Virus record (IMG/VR): IMGVR_UViG_3300021311_000141
Coordinates: 1 to 64,000 of that record
Strand: one strand, 5' to 3'
Length of the DNA: 64,000 nucleotides
From: a virus
Taxonomy: Duplodnaviria > Caudoviricetes
The notes below the pieces were generated by a model that was given only the letters and a program-made list of their open reading frames with translations, made no database searches and was not told the origin of the DNA. Of this stretch, positions 26,285-36,485 are shown piece after piece (positions within the stretch are counted from its first letter, which is position 1; each line of letters begins with the position of its first letter). Made by a program: the position numbers and the translations under genes.

Positions 26285-29200
26285 CTATGCCGCGTCCTTG
26301 GCCATGCCCTGCGCCGCAGGATCATCGTACTCCGTGCTGATGGAGGGCATTCCGTCACCCCCGCTTCCCTTCGCCATCGCGGCGGCCCGACGCCCGTTTG
26401 CCTCAATGGCTGTCAGGATTTTGCCCAACATCGCTAGAAGCGCGGAATTGTCGCCGCCTCCGCCCGGTTTTGCATCACGTTCAGGGTCAATGACGCGCAC
26501 GGATTCAACCCGCTCCGGCTTTCTCGTTGAAGCGGCACTCGCCGCCGCTGGTATCGCTGCTGCTTGCGGCGTCTGTGGCGAAAGGGCTGGTTGGGCCGAA
26601 ATAGCAGGCCGAGCAGTAGCGGGCCGTGCTTTGTCTTCGGCGGCGGCCACGGGCTGCGGTGTCATTTGAGGTTTGGGTACCCCGCTGGGGCCGGCGCTAT
26701 TTGATACTGGATGCGGTTGGGAACCCTCGGCCACTGCGGTAGAAAGTGCTGCAGGCGTCCCAGGCATATATAGCTTTCGCTCGGCATCGCTGATGTATGC
26801 GGAGCCTTTACGTTTCCCACTATTCAGTGCAGCTCGGTCTTGCTGCATGGCCACTGTTTTTCTGTCCAGGGCCTCAATATGCCAGTTTTCTGGATTTTTG
26901 GCATTTAAGAGTGGCCGATACAGGCCATATTTTTCAAGTTGCTTACCAAAATCCAATCCCTTGCTACGGTAAATAGCTTCCAAACGCTTAATATTTTGAC
27001 CGCCTGATCGAACTCCGCCAGCCTTGATGTCAAAGGCAACGCCTGTCCCGTGGTTTGATTTTCCAGGCGTCGCGGCAAGTCCTGCGCCAAGTTTGTTACG
27101 AAGGCGTACTTGTTCGTCGTAGCTGCGATAGCCTTCTGAAATGATTAGTTTCTCGCCTGTAATCTGCTCATGCTCTTGGGCGAAGGCTGCCATGCGGGCC
27201 GCTGTTTCAGGATCCATGTCCTTGATATTGACGTTTCCACTGTCATAACCAATGGACTGCAATCCCTTGAGCGTAGATAAATCAATGGAACCGTCTTCTT
27301 TGAGCTTCACGCCCGTCTGTGCAGCGATAGATGGGACATTGCCGTTTTGCGCTGCGGCAGCCACAGATGGGGAAACGTCGGCCAGCTTCATCCGCACCGC
27401 TTCGGGAATATCAAGTTCTCGCATACCCAATGCGGCTTCTATACCCTTTTGATATTGTTCATCTGTATAAGGGTCTACAGAGTTTTCACGCCTCACAATG
27501 GCATGGGCAAGCGCCGTGAGCACTTTAGGATCTTTCATGTCCAGCTTGGCGTTGCGATCCACACCGAGCTTCTGCTCCACAAATTTTTTGTAGCCTTCGG
27601 TATCGTTTTCGTTCGGAGGCGCCCAGCGGTCGATAATGCCGTTGATGGTATCAAGACCATGCTTGCTCTTGTAACTCATCAAATTGCGGCCAAGGGCGCG
27701 CAGTCCATGTTCCGGCGTGATGAAGGTAGCATGGCGGCTTTCGTTCGGATTATTGATCTCGCCTACCCACCGTTCTCCTTTGAGACGGTCAATATTCCCT
27801 GGGTTGTTATTGCGGATGCCGCGCTTTTCCTTACCCTGTTCCGGCACAAACATTGGTTGCGCGTCTGCCTTGACCATTTGCGATTGTGTGGGCAGATTTC
27901 CATAAAAATTCGGATCCGGAGCGCCCCCCTCGTTATAGGTGCCGCGCATATACCCTTGCCCGCCCCTCTGAACATCCTGCACCGCTGACTTGAAATCTGC
28001 GACTGCCGCAGAAAAACCCAGATTATCCCCAAACAACTGGGCCTGCCGTTCTTCATCCATAAGGCGGGTTTGCTCTTTGACGGCTGCCGTCAGGGCTTCC
28101 ATATTCTCATTGAGTTTCTCCTGCGCGTCATTGGCTTCGCGCACCATATGGACTTGCTCCAATGGCAATGCTGGGGCAGGGGGCATGGCCGGAGCCGGGG
28201 GAACAGAAAACGTGGGCTGTATGGGAACGGATGTCGGAGGCAACGCCTCCTTCTGCGATGCCGGCAGTATGGCCTGCTGTGCGGCTTGCGGCTGTTGTGC
28301 CGCCTGGGCCATGTCCTGCTGCCGCCGCTGTGCTTCTTCTATGACACGCTGGCGCTCTTGCGGATTTTTGGGCAACTCGTCCGCATGGGCCTCGGATGGG
28401 CCAAGCCGCCCCCACAGCTTGCCGCCAAGCCCCTTGGCGCCCTCCCATGCGGAAGATGCGAAATTCTTTGTGCCCTCCCAGGCCGAATGAGCTTTTTCCC
28501 TAGCCCATTCCAGCCCGGAAGAAAACAACTGCCCGCCTTTTTCTGCGGCATTGGCGGCAAAATCCTTGATTTTCCCAGGCAATTCAGTCGCGCTTTTCCA
28601 TAGCCCTGAAAGCATCTCTCCGGCCCCGGAGATGGCGCTTGACGCGAAATTGCCCAGCTTCCCCCAGATGTCGCCGATGAATGCCTTGCCCCCCTCCCAC
28701 AGGCCGGAGAGCATCCCCATGCCGCTTTCGAGGGTGCCCGCGGCAAAGTCCGCCAGCTTCCCGCCTATGTTTTTGGCGCCTTCCCAGACTTGGGAACCAA
28801 GATTCTGTATGCCCGTCCAGACTTCAGGCAGCAGCCTGTCAAATTCCTGCTTGAAATTTCCGGCAATCGTGGCGATGTCCGAGCCGAACTGGTAGAGCCC
28901 CTGCGCAACGCCCGCCTTGTCGAACTCAATGCCGAACAGCCCCAGCAGGCCGCTTGTCAGCCCACCCATGTCGAGGATGCTTGCCCCTGCCGCGGCGGCC
29001 TTCTGCCCCGTGGTGGCTTCCTGCCCCTCTTTCAGGCCGAAGGCCTCCCGATGCAAGTCCTTGTCGTTCCAGCCCTGAAAACCGTCGTATGCGGCCATGC
29101 CAAGGGCAAGAACCTGTCCGATGCCGGGCAACGCCCGCAACAGTCCTCCGGCGGCCTTGCCGCCCATGGCCAGAACACCCGACGCGGCCCGCCCGGCTCC

Positions 29201-30451
29201 GGCAGCGGCGCGCCCCATGCCGCCGCCGACAGCGGCCAGCCCGCCAAGCAGCCCCTTCCGCCCAGCAGCCCGCGCCCCGGCCCGACCGCCGCCGCGGCGA
29301 GGGTCGATCTCTGCCGCAACAGAGCGTCCCCGACTTCCGGGCCTGCGCCTGCCGTCAACACCTATGTCAACGTCACGCCCGCCGCCGCGCCGCCGTCGCT
29401 CCACGTCCACGGCAGAGCCTCGGCCTCTGGGCCCCTCGCGTATGATGCGGTCACGCCCTCTGCGCCCCAGCATCCGGGCATCCATGAAACGGTCAAGCAG
29501 GCCCCTGTGGTTGGCCTTGACGGCCCTGACAAGCTCTTTGTGGCGTTTCGCGTCGGCCTTGGCCTCCCGTTCCTCAAGAGCAAGTTCCGCCTGGGCAACT
29601 TCAATCTGGGCTGTTTCGCGTCGCGCTGAATCCTGATCCGGCTTATACCGCCCCTTGTCGTCCCGCTCCCTCCCGCCGTCAGCCTTTACCGCGCGGGCTA
29701 TGTCGCGCGCTTCTTCCTTGCGGGCCTTGCGTTCATCCATCGCATTTCTGACGGAATCCGGCATGGCTTCCTTGAGCTCTTTGGCAACGCTGTATAACGG
29801 GCCGCCCAAGGCCAGCCCAGCGGCGTCCTTGAGATCGCTGTTCTCCGTGACCGCTTCCTTGCCCGTGGAAAGAAGACCGCGCAGCTTGCCCAGCCCGGAC
29901 ATGACAGCATCCGCGACCAGCCCTCCCTGGCGTTCCGCAGATCGTTCCGCATTTCTTTCCGCCCGCGCCTCGCTGCCGGCGCGTTGGGAGAGCGTTGGCC
30001 CTGCGGCGGCCTGACCGGAAACGAAACGGCCCCGGTCATCCCTGCGGCGAATTGGCGCGGATCCATGCCCCCCAGGTCTTTCGGTCGCAGTGGCGGCGAT
30101 ATTGTGCGCCATTGACGAGGTTGCCCGCGTTGTTGCAGGGGGCATCTGGTTCCGCCCGGCATTCCCGACCCGCCCAGGAGTGAACTCGCGTCGCCCCGTT
30201 CTGGCAATCGGGCCTGCCGTGCGCTCGGCCTCCCCCCGTCCCGGTCTTGCGATCGTCGCCATGACGACAGAGCCGTTCCCCCTGCCGGCAATCCCCCGGC
30301 GGGTGTTTGCCGCAATTTCGTCCAGATCCGCCGCCATGCGCTCCCAAAGGCCCATGGCCCGCGGCGTCAATCCGTCACGGGCATCCCGTCTGTCCAGGGA
30401 CAGGCTGCGCTCGAAAATGGAGGAAAGAAGATTCCGGGTATCTGCCATCAC
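26285..30451 (-). CDS. sit: Tape-measure protein (P1 Sit-like) with two C-terminal peptidoglycan hydrolase domains
   Basis: 1388 aa, Ala/Gly-rich helical repeats; RGIRNNNPGNI lysozyme-like domain; M15 peptidase motifs SEGYRSYDEQ, SNHGTGVAFDI and ENWHIE. Confidence 0.85.
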   Translation of the reverse strand: MMADTRNLLSSIFERSLSLDRRDARDGLTPRAMGLWERMAADLDEIAANTRRGIAGRGNGSVVMATIARPGRGEAERTAGPIARTGRREFTPGRVGNAGRNQMPPATTRATSSMAHNIAATATERPGGHGSAPIRRRDDRGRFVSGQAAAGPTLSQRAGSEARAERNAERSAERQGGLVADAVMSGLGKLRGLLSTGKEAVTENSDLKDAAGLALGGPLYSVAKELKEAMPDSVRNAMDERKARKEEARDIARAVKADGGRERDDKGRYKPDQDSARRETAQIEVAQAELALEEREAKADAKRHKELVRAVKANHRGLLDRFMDARMLGRRGRDRIIREGPRGRGSAVDVERRRRGGGRDVDIGVDGRRRPGSRGRSVAAEIDPRRGGGRAGARAAGRKGLLGGLAAVGGGMGRAAAGAGRAASGVLAMGGKAAGGLLRALPGIGQVLALGMAAYDGFQGWNDKDLHREAFGLKEGQEATTGQKAAAAGASILDMGGLTSGLLGLFGIEFDKAGVAQGLYQFGSDIATIAGNFKQEFDRLLPEVWTGIQNLGSQVWEGAKNIGGKLADFAAGTLESGMGMLSGLWEGGKAFIGDIWGKLGNFASSAISGAGEMLSGLWKSATELPGKIKDFAANAAEKGGQLFSSGLEWAREKAHSAWEGTKNFASSAWEGAKGLGGKLWGRLGPSEAHADELPKNPQERQRVIEEAQRRQQDMAQAAQQPQAAQQAILPASQKEALPPTSVPIQPTFSVPPAPAMPPAPALPLEQVHMVREANDAQEKLNENMEALTAAVKEQTRLMDEERQAQLFGDNLGFSAAVADFKSAVQDVQRGGQGYMRGTYNEGGAPDPNFYGNLPTQSQMVKADAQPMFVPEQGKEKRGIRNNNPGNIDRLKGERWVGEINNPNESRHATFITPEHGLRALGRNLMSYKSKHGLDTINGIIDRWAPPNENDTEGYKKFVEQKLGVDRNAKLDMKDPKVLTALAHAIVRRENSVDPYTDEQYQKGIEAALGMRELDIPEAVRMKLADVSPSVAAAAQNGNVPSIAAQTGVKLKEDGSIDLSTLKGLQSIGYDSGNVNIKDMDPETAARMAAFAQEHEQITGEKLIISEGYRSYDEQVRLRNKLGAGLAATPGKSNHGTGVAFDIKAGGVRSGGQNIKRLEAIYRSKGLDFGKQLEKYGLYRPLLNAKNPENWHIEALDRKTVAMQQDRAALNSGKRKGSAYISDAERKLYMPGTPAALSTAVAEGSQPHPVSNSAGPSGVPKPQMTPQPVAAAEDKARPATARPAISAQPALSPQTPQAAAIPAAASAASTRKPERVESVRVIDPERDAKPGGGGDNSALLAMLGKILTAIEANGRRAAAMAKGSGGDGMPSISTEYDDPAAQGMAKDAA

Positions 30452-30633
30452 TTGCGACCCTTGCGCAGTTTTGCAAGCGTCTTCGCTTTATTCACAGCCC
30501 CCACGTTGAGCTTGGCCACACGGGTCACGGGGCTTTTCAGGATGCCGTCCATGTTCTGCCCCTCATAGAGGCACAGATTTTCGATGATGATGTTCCAGCC
30601 GTTTTCGTCAAATGGTAGGAACGACCTGGCCAA
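30448..30633 (-). CDS. Small tail/baseplate assembly ORF preceding the tape measure (start uncertain)
   Basis: Overlaps both neighbours; TTG start lacks an SD; an alternative internal ATG has a GAGGGG SD. Confidence 0.45.
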   Translation of the reverse strand: MARSFLPFDENGWNIIIENLCLYEGQNMDGILKSPVTRVAKLNVGAVNKAKTLAKLRKGRK

Positions 30634-31441
30634 ACCGAAACGGATACCGCAGGAGCACCCCCGGCAGCTCCGGGTGTTCGTCGCAGCGAACGTCGGGGAT
30701 AAGCAGCACGATGCGCCCGTTCACATATTCCGTGCTCAAGCCGTGCCGCATCTCGACAAGGGCGTTTTCAACGCGCCCCATGAACTCCCGAAATTCCCCT
30801 GCGGGCATGGCCTTGATCTTGGTTTCCACCGCTCCGCGCCGACTGCGCGGCGTCCCCTGTTCGTCCAGATATGGCATGTCGATGCAGCAGATGACACGCA
30901 GCATGGCCATGCGGACGCGCTTGGCCCGCAGATCGGCTTCCAGGCGCTTGATGTCCGCGCTGGGCAAGTTGTCGCGGTTCTTCTCCAAGAGTTGTTCTGT
31001 CAGCAGCAGGTCGTAGCGGTACTTTTCGATGTCCTCCAGGTCTGCACCCGTCAGAGGATGAATGACAACATTGTGGCCGTCATGCGGGAAGTCGCGGAAC
31101 GGAGAGCCGTCCATGGGGGTGTAGTTTTCAAGGATGGACGCAAGTGAAATATCTTGGGTGTGCTGCTTTCCGCATATTGAGCAGGTGTACGTCAGGGGGA
31201 TGGTCTTGTAGTCCGAGGTATGCACATAGTACATGAACAGCGCGTAACGCCTGTCCTCGCCCGTCCACGCCCGCGGGTCGGAGTAGGTTTCCTTTTCCTG
31301 CACCTTTTCAAGAAAAAGCGATGTGGCCTCTTCCTCACAGTCCGGGTCTATGGAGGAAAAATCAATAGCCTCGGCAACCGTGGCCTCGCGCAGACGCACC
31401 TTGATTTCAGGGTTAGAGGGAAGATTGAACTCGCACAGCAT
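30608..31441 (-). CDS. Baseplate hub/tail assembly chaperone (P1 PmgB position, T4 gp26-like)
   Basis: IPLTYTCSICGKQHTQDISL zinc-knuckle motif; gene order. Confidence 0.55.
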   Translation of the reverse strand: MLCEFNLPSNPEIKVRLREATVAEAIDFSSIDPDCEEEATSLFLEKVQEKETYSDPRAWTGEDRRYALFMYYVHTSDYKTIPLTYTCSICGKQHTQDISLASILENYTPMDGSPFRDFPHDGHNVVIHPLTGADLEDIEKYRYDLLLTEQLLEKNRDNLPSADIKRLEADLRAKRVRMAMLRVICCIDMPYLDEQGTPRSRRGAVETKIKAMPAGEFREFMGRVENALVEMRHGLSTEYVNGRIVLLIPDVRCDEHPELPGVLLRYPFRFGQVVPTI

Positions 31442-31483
31442 GGCATCCTCACTTTGTTGGCCCCTGCGGCAGGTCGGGGCGGG

Positions 31484-32185
31484 TTACATGATTGTGGAGA
31501 ACTGCACCAGCGTCACGGGAATTTCGAGAAACTGCCCGTTCTCCCGCGAGCGCGACAATTCGCCAACCTGAATGGGGTACACGTTCATGCCGTAGGACGG
31601 CGTTTCGTTGCCTTCAACGTCGATATTGTAAATCCTTGCCGCCCTGACATAGCCCTTGGGGCCAAGCGGGAGCCCCACAGTGCCGTTGTTGCTGATAACG
31701 CTTCCCCACCATGTGCTGAAATACACGGAATTGCGGCCGTCAATGTTGTCCCGCATGGTGAAGGAAATGCGTAACGGCTGGTCGCCTGTCGGCCATGAGG
31801 CGCTTGCCGCGCCGTAGCGTTCTTCGTCCGTGGCAATGTCAAAGTGGGAATAGGTGATGTCTTTAACGTAAAAATCAAAGTCTTCCGGCGCGCCCTCAAT
31901 TTCCAGACGGAAATTCCATTCCCCCTGGAAGTCCGTATGGACAAGCTGATGGTTGATGTGGCGCAGCCGGTTGAAATCTTCCGCGGGGTTGGCAATGGTG
32001 AGCAGCCCGCCGGGAATCTGCGACAAAACGGAATCAAGAGCGTTGCGCACCCTGCCCACAACATAGCCTTCGGCCCTGCGCACCACGGTGCGGGCCGCGC
32101 CGCTCGCAATCTGCTTTGCTGTGGCGCCCAAGGCGCTGCCGGAGCGAATTGCATATTCGCCGATTGCCATATTCCACCCCGTCAA
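31484..32185 (-). CDS. Tube-fold baseplate/tail initiator protein (P1 Tub-like)
   Basis: FDFYVKDITY..PLRISFTMRD..VYPIQVGELSRS tube-like fold motifs; pmgB-tub-pmgC order. Confidence 0.6.
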   Translation of the reverse strand: MTGWNMAIGEYAIRSGSALGATAKQIASGAARTVVRRAEGYVVGRVRNALDSVLSQIPGGLLTIANPAEDFNRLRHINHQLVHTDFQGEWNFRLEIEGAPEDFDFYVKDITYSHFDIATDEERYGAASASWPTGDQPLRISFTMRDNIDGRNSVYFSTWWGSVISNNGTVGLPLGPKGYVRAARIYNIDVEGNETPSYGMNVYPIQVGELSRSRENGQFLEIPVTLVQFSTIM

Positions 32186-32754
32186 AACATGGATGCCGGG
32201 GGCACGATGGCTTTGTTGTCCTCCATCGCCGCTTCCAGTTCGGCAACGCGCTGCCGCAGCTCCTGCTCAACAGGCAAGGTCTGGGCCGCCTCGGCCATGC
32301 CTGCCGTCAGATAGGCCTCGCGCTCCCGCTTGGTGTTCTGCAGGGCGATCAAGGCCTCAAGGTAGTCGCACAGCAGTGCGTCGCAGTCGCCAGGCAAGGG
32401 TTCATCCATGTCCCAGTTGCGGAGGTCGCAGAAAAAATAGAGGCAGTACGGCGCGGCGTGGCGCTTCCCGACATCCAGTTCGATAACCCTGACCGTTTCC
32501 CCGGCCTCATTTTCGGCTGTCCCGTACCTCCACGGGACATATCGGCGTCGCGTATCACAGCACCCGGCAACCGTGTGGAAGTGCTGGGGGATTTTGAAGG
32601 CTGTTCCCTCTTGCCATGCCTCCAAAATCACCCCAGCCTTGTCCTGGTACTTGCCCAACGCCTGCCGAAGAAGCCGGGCAAGCGCGTCAGGATCATCGTG
32701 GTACAGCACCATGAAGCGCGACTTCGCATCTTCAAGAATTTCAGCCGGCGTCAT
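32182..32754 (-). CDS. Head-tail adaptor (P1 PmgC-like)
   Basis: TPAEILEDAKSRFMVL..LLRQALGKYQDKAG and LCDYLEALIA resemble P1 PmgC as recalled. Confidence 0.7.
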   Translation of the reverse strand: MTPAEILEDAKSRFMVLYHDDPDALARLLRQALGKYQDKAGVILEAWQEGTAFKIPQHFHTVAGCCDTRRRYVPWRYGTAENEAGETVRVIELDVGKRHAAPYCLYFFCDLRNWDMDEPLPGDCDALLCDYLEALIALQNTKREREAYLTAGMAEAAQTLPVEQELRQRVAELEAAMEDNKAIVPPASMF

Positions 32755-32767
32755 GGCTGGTCTCCCT

Positions 32768-33304
32768 TCAGATATTCAGGGAAAGGCCCTGGTTGCCGGA
32801 ATCGTCATCAGCCCAGGAGCACCAGTTGGCATGGATGGTGCCTGACGGACGCACCAGCGTCGCGCCGTCTTCCACGGACAGGTCAACGCCTTCCAGCTCG
32901 ATCCAGCAGTCTTCCAGGCGCAGGGCTGTATGGGAATTGCCGTCCAGGAAAGACTCTCCGGCGGTGGTGAGCTTGATGGTGATATAGCGTTTGTTGGCCA
33001 CCAGGTCGCGGATAAACTGATAGGTATGCCCCTTGATGGTTTCCTTGAAGGTGATGGGCACATCCTGGGCGTTCTTGAAACGCCCCTGCTGGTTGAACTG
33101 CACACCCTGCGGGCCGTAGCTTTCGATGTTTTCACGGAGCAGCGCGGGCAGTTGCGTGGACTGCACCAGAAAGCGCATGTCCGAGTTGCCTTCGAAGGTC
33201 ATAATGAACTCATCAGACGCAACGCCTTCACCAAGCCCCAGCAGCTTTTTGTAGCCCTTCTTGATGACGGGCACATTGCCGTGAACGTCAGAGATATTCG
33301 CCAT
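32768..33304 (-). CDS. Tail tube protein (P1 BplB-like)
   Basis: SDEFIMTFEG..LVQSTQLP..RENIESYGPQGVQFNQQG resembles P1 BplB. Confidence 0.8.
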   Translation of the reverse strand: MANISDVHGNVPVIKKGYKKLLGLGEGVASDEFIMTFEGNSDMRFLVQSTQLPALLRENIESYGPQGVQFNQQGRFKNAQDVPITFKETIKGHTYQFIRDLVANKRYITIKLTTAGESFLDGNSHTALRLEDCWIELEGVDLSVEDGATLVRPSGTIHANWCSWADDDSGNQGLSLNI

Positions 33305-33322
33305 TGTCTTTCATCCTTGACG

Positions 33323-33973
33323 CTAGTTGTTTTGTTGAAAGCCGGATTTTATGCCATACCCCTTTTTCAACATGTCCTTTGTGACCATCGTCATGGTGGA
33401 CATGGAAAGATTAACGGTACAGCGCACAAAACGGCCTTTTGAGTCTGTTTCCTTGTCGAACGGCACTGAAATGCTGTTCAAGATAAGGAACTGGTAGATT
33501 ACCTGCCGCCCTATATCCAGTTGCAGAGCCTTGGCTATCTGTCCGACGCCCCAATACATGGCAACGTCCGGGGCTATGAACAGTTCCAAGGCCCGCAAGG
33601 GCTGCATGACTTCCTTGTCCGGGTCTTGCAGGGCGTAAAGCTGCAATTCCACGTTGAACTGCGTCGGGGAGTTGCCAAGCCACGTCTGGCGCGTGTTGAT
33701 GGCCTTGATCATGGTCTTGCCGCCGGTGGCAATCTGGGCAACGCCGCCGGCGGCCGTCCCGATGGCCTTGCCGGGCGTGGCCTCTTCCAACGGCTGCTGC
33801 CAGTTGGATGTTATTTCCATGCTGGTGCCCGGCCCATAGACGCCGCAGACTGTCGTATCCCCGTCGCTGATCCAGCACTTGCGGGAATCGCTCAAGCGTT
33901 TGTCGGTGTTGCCGACGAGCTTGGCGTTCCCGTCAAGCTGCTGGTTTTGAATCTGGCGTTCCTCGTCCGCCAC
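33323..33973 (-). CDS. Baseplate/tube cap protein (P1 PmgG position, T4 gp48-like)
   Basis: [31 protein letters not shown] motif; bplB-pmgG-21-22-23 order. Confidence 0.6.
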   Translation of the reverse strand: MADEERQIQNQQLDGNAKLVGNTDKRLSDSRKCWISDGDTTVCGVYGPGTSMEITSNWQQPLEEATPGKAIGTAAGGVAQIATGGKTMIKAINTRQTWLGNSPTQFNVELQLYALQDPDKEVMQPLRALELFIAPDVAMYWGVGQIAKALQLDIGRQVIYQFLILNSISVPFDKETDSKGRFVRCTVNLSMSTMTMVTKDMLKKGYGIKSGFQQNN

Positions 33974-33976
33974 GGA

Positions 33977-34723
33977 CTACAGACCCCTGCGCTCGCGCAG
34001 CTTCATGGACTTGCGCCGATGGAGTTTGGCGGCGGCTGTGTTTGCCTTGCGGCGGGCCTTTCGCAGACCGGCCTTCTGCGCAGCAGAGAGCCGGATCTTG
34101 CCGGAAACGCGCTTGCGCACGATCTTCACCTTACCGTCACGCACCACCTTCTTGCGCTTATAGGTGGCCTCCAGCACGCCGTGCAGGGCTTCATCATAGG
34201 CGGCGTTTTCAAGGATGGCGTCTTCGCCAAGGGCGAACCCGGCGATGATGTCGGCATCCTCGGCCTCAACGCTCTCCATCTCCTTGGAGAGGGCGGCGCC
34301 GATGCGGGCGGCGGCTTCATCGGCCTTCTTGCCGGGGCCGTCCACAAGGGCCTGCACGTCATTGAACTCCGCGCCCAGGGTCAGCAGGGCGTCGCCTATC
34401 TGATCCCAGATGTCGCCGTATTCCTCCTCCTCGCCGTCGGAGAGCTCCCAGTCGCCGTCAATGTCTGCGGCGACTACCACCACTTCGTCGAGTGCGTTGT
34501 AGCTGTAGTCGCCTTCGTCCAGCCAGGTGAGCACGGAGCTCATGGCGCGGGAGCGGGCGGCCGTGATTGCGGCGTCGGAAACCGCGTCAGTCCCTTCGCC
34601 GTCGTCGCCTTTGTTGCCCTCGCTGCCAGCGGATTCCAGCACCATGCCGGCCTCGCTCATGCCCTTCCGCGTGACGGGGAACATGTAGTCATCAATGCCG
34701 GTGTCGAAGATATTGTTTCCCAT
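33977..34723 (-). CDS. Prohead core/scaffold-like protein (P1 gp21 position)
   Basis: Very acidic N-terminal part and very basic C-terminal tail (KRKKVVRDGKVKIVRKRV..KARRKANT), reminiscent of T4 prohead core proteins. Confidence 0.6.
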   Translation of the reverse strand: MGNNIFDTGIDDYMFPVTRKGMSEAGMVLESAGSEGNKGDDGEGTDAVSDAAITAARSRAMSSVLTWLDEGDYSYNALDEVVVVAADIDGDWELSDGEEEEYGDIWDQIGDALLTLGAEFNDVQALVDGPGKKADEAAARIGAALSKEMESVEAEDADIIAGFALGEDAILENAAYDEALHGVLEATYKRKKVVRDGKVKIVRKRVSGKIRLSAAQKAGLRKARRKANTAAAKLHRRKSMKLRERRGL

Positions 34724-34733
34724 GAGGTCACTC

Positions 34734-36473
34734 CTACTTGATGAGCTTCGGCTGGCCTGCGATACGGCGGGCTGCGCCGGTGATGCAGATTTCCCACGTC
34801 ACCTTCCACAGGTCGATTTCAAGCTGCTCGACCTTGATGATGTAGGGGCTGTTGCCGTCGCGTTCCGGGTCACGGGGGGCCACCAGGGCGCCGGACGTAA
34901 CCAGGTCTTCCATGATGGCCGTGGTCATGTCCAAAAGGCCCTGGCGGGTCAGGCCGTCGGGCTCGAACTTCATCTGCTGCGCCGCCTCGTAGAAGCGGTG
35001 GTCGATGTAGTCGAGCACGTCGTTGATCCAGCCGAAGCGCAGATAGTTGGTCTTGAACCAATGCACCAGATCGTCATCAGCCCCGCAGCCGCCCGACGTT
35101 ATGGGCAGAATGGGGTTGATGCGCGAATCGTACAGGTCGTCGCGGTTGATGCGGTCTTCCTCGAACAGGGCCTTGATGCCCGTGCGCGTCAGGTATGACC
35201 GCGCCTCGCCTGCGGGGGCATAGTGAACGCCGGGCGTGGAGCCCACGGTCACGATCTTGTTGCAGCGGGCCTTGGCCGCAGCCATCGCGCCGGACACGCC
35301 CCACACGCACTTGCCGCCGCGCCACTGGTCGTTGGCGGAGTACGGGGAATAGTAGGCGCGGGCATGGCGGCTGGTGAGCCCCAGGGACTTGTCCCATGCC
35401 ATCGCTTCCGCGCTCTTGAGGGCCGGCGGCACGTCATAGAAGTAGGCGATGTGCCGGTCATCGGCCACACCGGCCTGCGCCACAATGATGTCCTGGTCGT
35501 AGATGCCCGCCGCAAAGAGCAGGTTGCAGGCAACGCGCTCGTTGCGGAAGATGTCCACACCGGCCTGCCAGTCGGTCACGTCGGGTTCGTCGCCTGCCGT
35601 ACCGCCCGTGAAGGCGAAGTCGTTGGTCGTCGTGCGCGTGGTGGCGATGGCCTGCAGGGTGGGCAACACATCCTCCCAGGCAAGGCCTTCCATGTAATCC
35701 ACGCGGAAACGCTCGCTTTCGCGCTCGAAAACCGTTTCGATATAGGCGGAAAGGCCCATATCGTCCTTGTCGTCCTCATCCACGCCCACGGTGTGCGATT
35801 CGAGCTCATAGACCTCGCCCAGCACATCCTTGTCATAGATGGTGACGGTGAATCGCCTGTTTTCGGCGTCCACATCCGTGATCCGCACGGTGCGGTTGCC
35901 GGAGGCGTCACCGTCGATGGGGTACAGCACGAACATGGCGCCGTCGCCCACCATGACGCTCTCGTTGTGGCGGTGCGCCCCGGCTTCCGTGGGGCCGGTG
36001 AACACAAGCCAGTCCGTCTGCCCTGCCGTGGCCGGGGTCACGGAGGTGTTGGAGGTGTGGCTGTACGCGCACAGGTATTTTTTGCCCTGGTACGTCACCA
36101 CGTCACCCGCCTTGTACGGGTGCGTTGTCGCCCACGCCTCGCCCGTGTCGTTGAACACCAGGAACGCCAGCGAGGGGAAGCGGTAGGTGAGCGCGTTGAC
36201 CACGCGCACCACGTTCACATAGCTGCACGATTCCGAAGCGTCATGCACATGGCGCAGGCCTTCCATGCCGGCGGCCTTCTTGGGCAGCGGCAGGCCGAAA
36301 TTGTCTTCAATATCGGTCGAGCCGCCGTAAATGGGAATGGGAGTGAACGGCTTGCCCTTGCCGGCAATGACGCAGCAGCCGCCGACGGAGATGTCGCCAC
36401 CGCCCGTCTTGTAGTTGTTGTCTATCGGCTGGAGGATGGTGATCTCCGCCGCATTGGTGATGGTGGATTTCAC
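34734..36473 (-). CDS. Tail sheath protein (P1 gp22-like) with an inserted CBM5/12-like module
   Basis: Sheath C-terminal motifs HYAPAGEAR, RINPI and WINDVLDYID; insertion WATTHPYKAGDVVTYQGKKYLCAYSHTS. Confidence 0.85.
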   Translation of the reverse strand: MKSTITNAAEITILQPIDNNYKTGGGDISVGGCCVIAGKGKPFTPIPIYGGSTDIEDNFGLPLPKKAAGMEGLRHVHDASESCSYVNVVRVVNALTYRFPSLAFLVFNDTGEAWATTHPYKAGDVVTYQGKKYLCAYSHTSNTSVTPATAGQTDWLVFTGPTEAGAHRHNESVMVGDGAMFVLYPIDGDASGNRTVRITDVDAENRRFTVTIYDKDVLGEVYELESHTVGVDEDDKDDMGLSAYIETVFERESERFRVDYMEGLAWEDVLPTLQAIATTRTTTNDFAFTGGTAGDEPDVTDWQAGVDIFRNERVACNLLFAAGIYDQDIIVAQAGVADDRHIAYFYDVPPALKSAEAMAWDKSLGLTSRHARAYYSPYSANDQWRGGKCVWGVSGAMAAAKARCNKIVTVGSTPGVHYAPAGEARSYLTRTGIKALFEEDRINRDDLYDSRINPILPITSGGCGADDDLVHWFKTNYLRFGWINDVLDYIDHRFYEAAQQMKFEPDGLTRQGLLDMTTAIMEDLVTSGALVAPRDPERDGNSPYIIKVEQLEIDLWKVTWEICITGAARRIAGQPKLIK

Positions 36474-36485
36474 GGCTTTGTCCCC

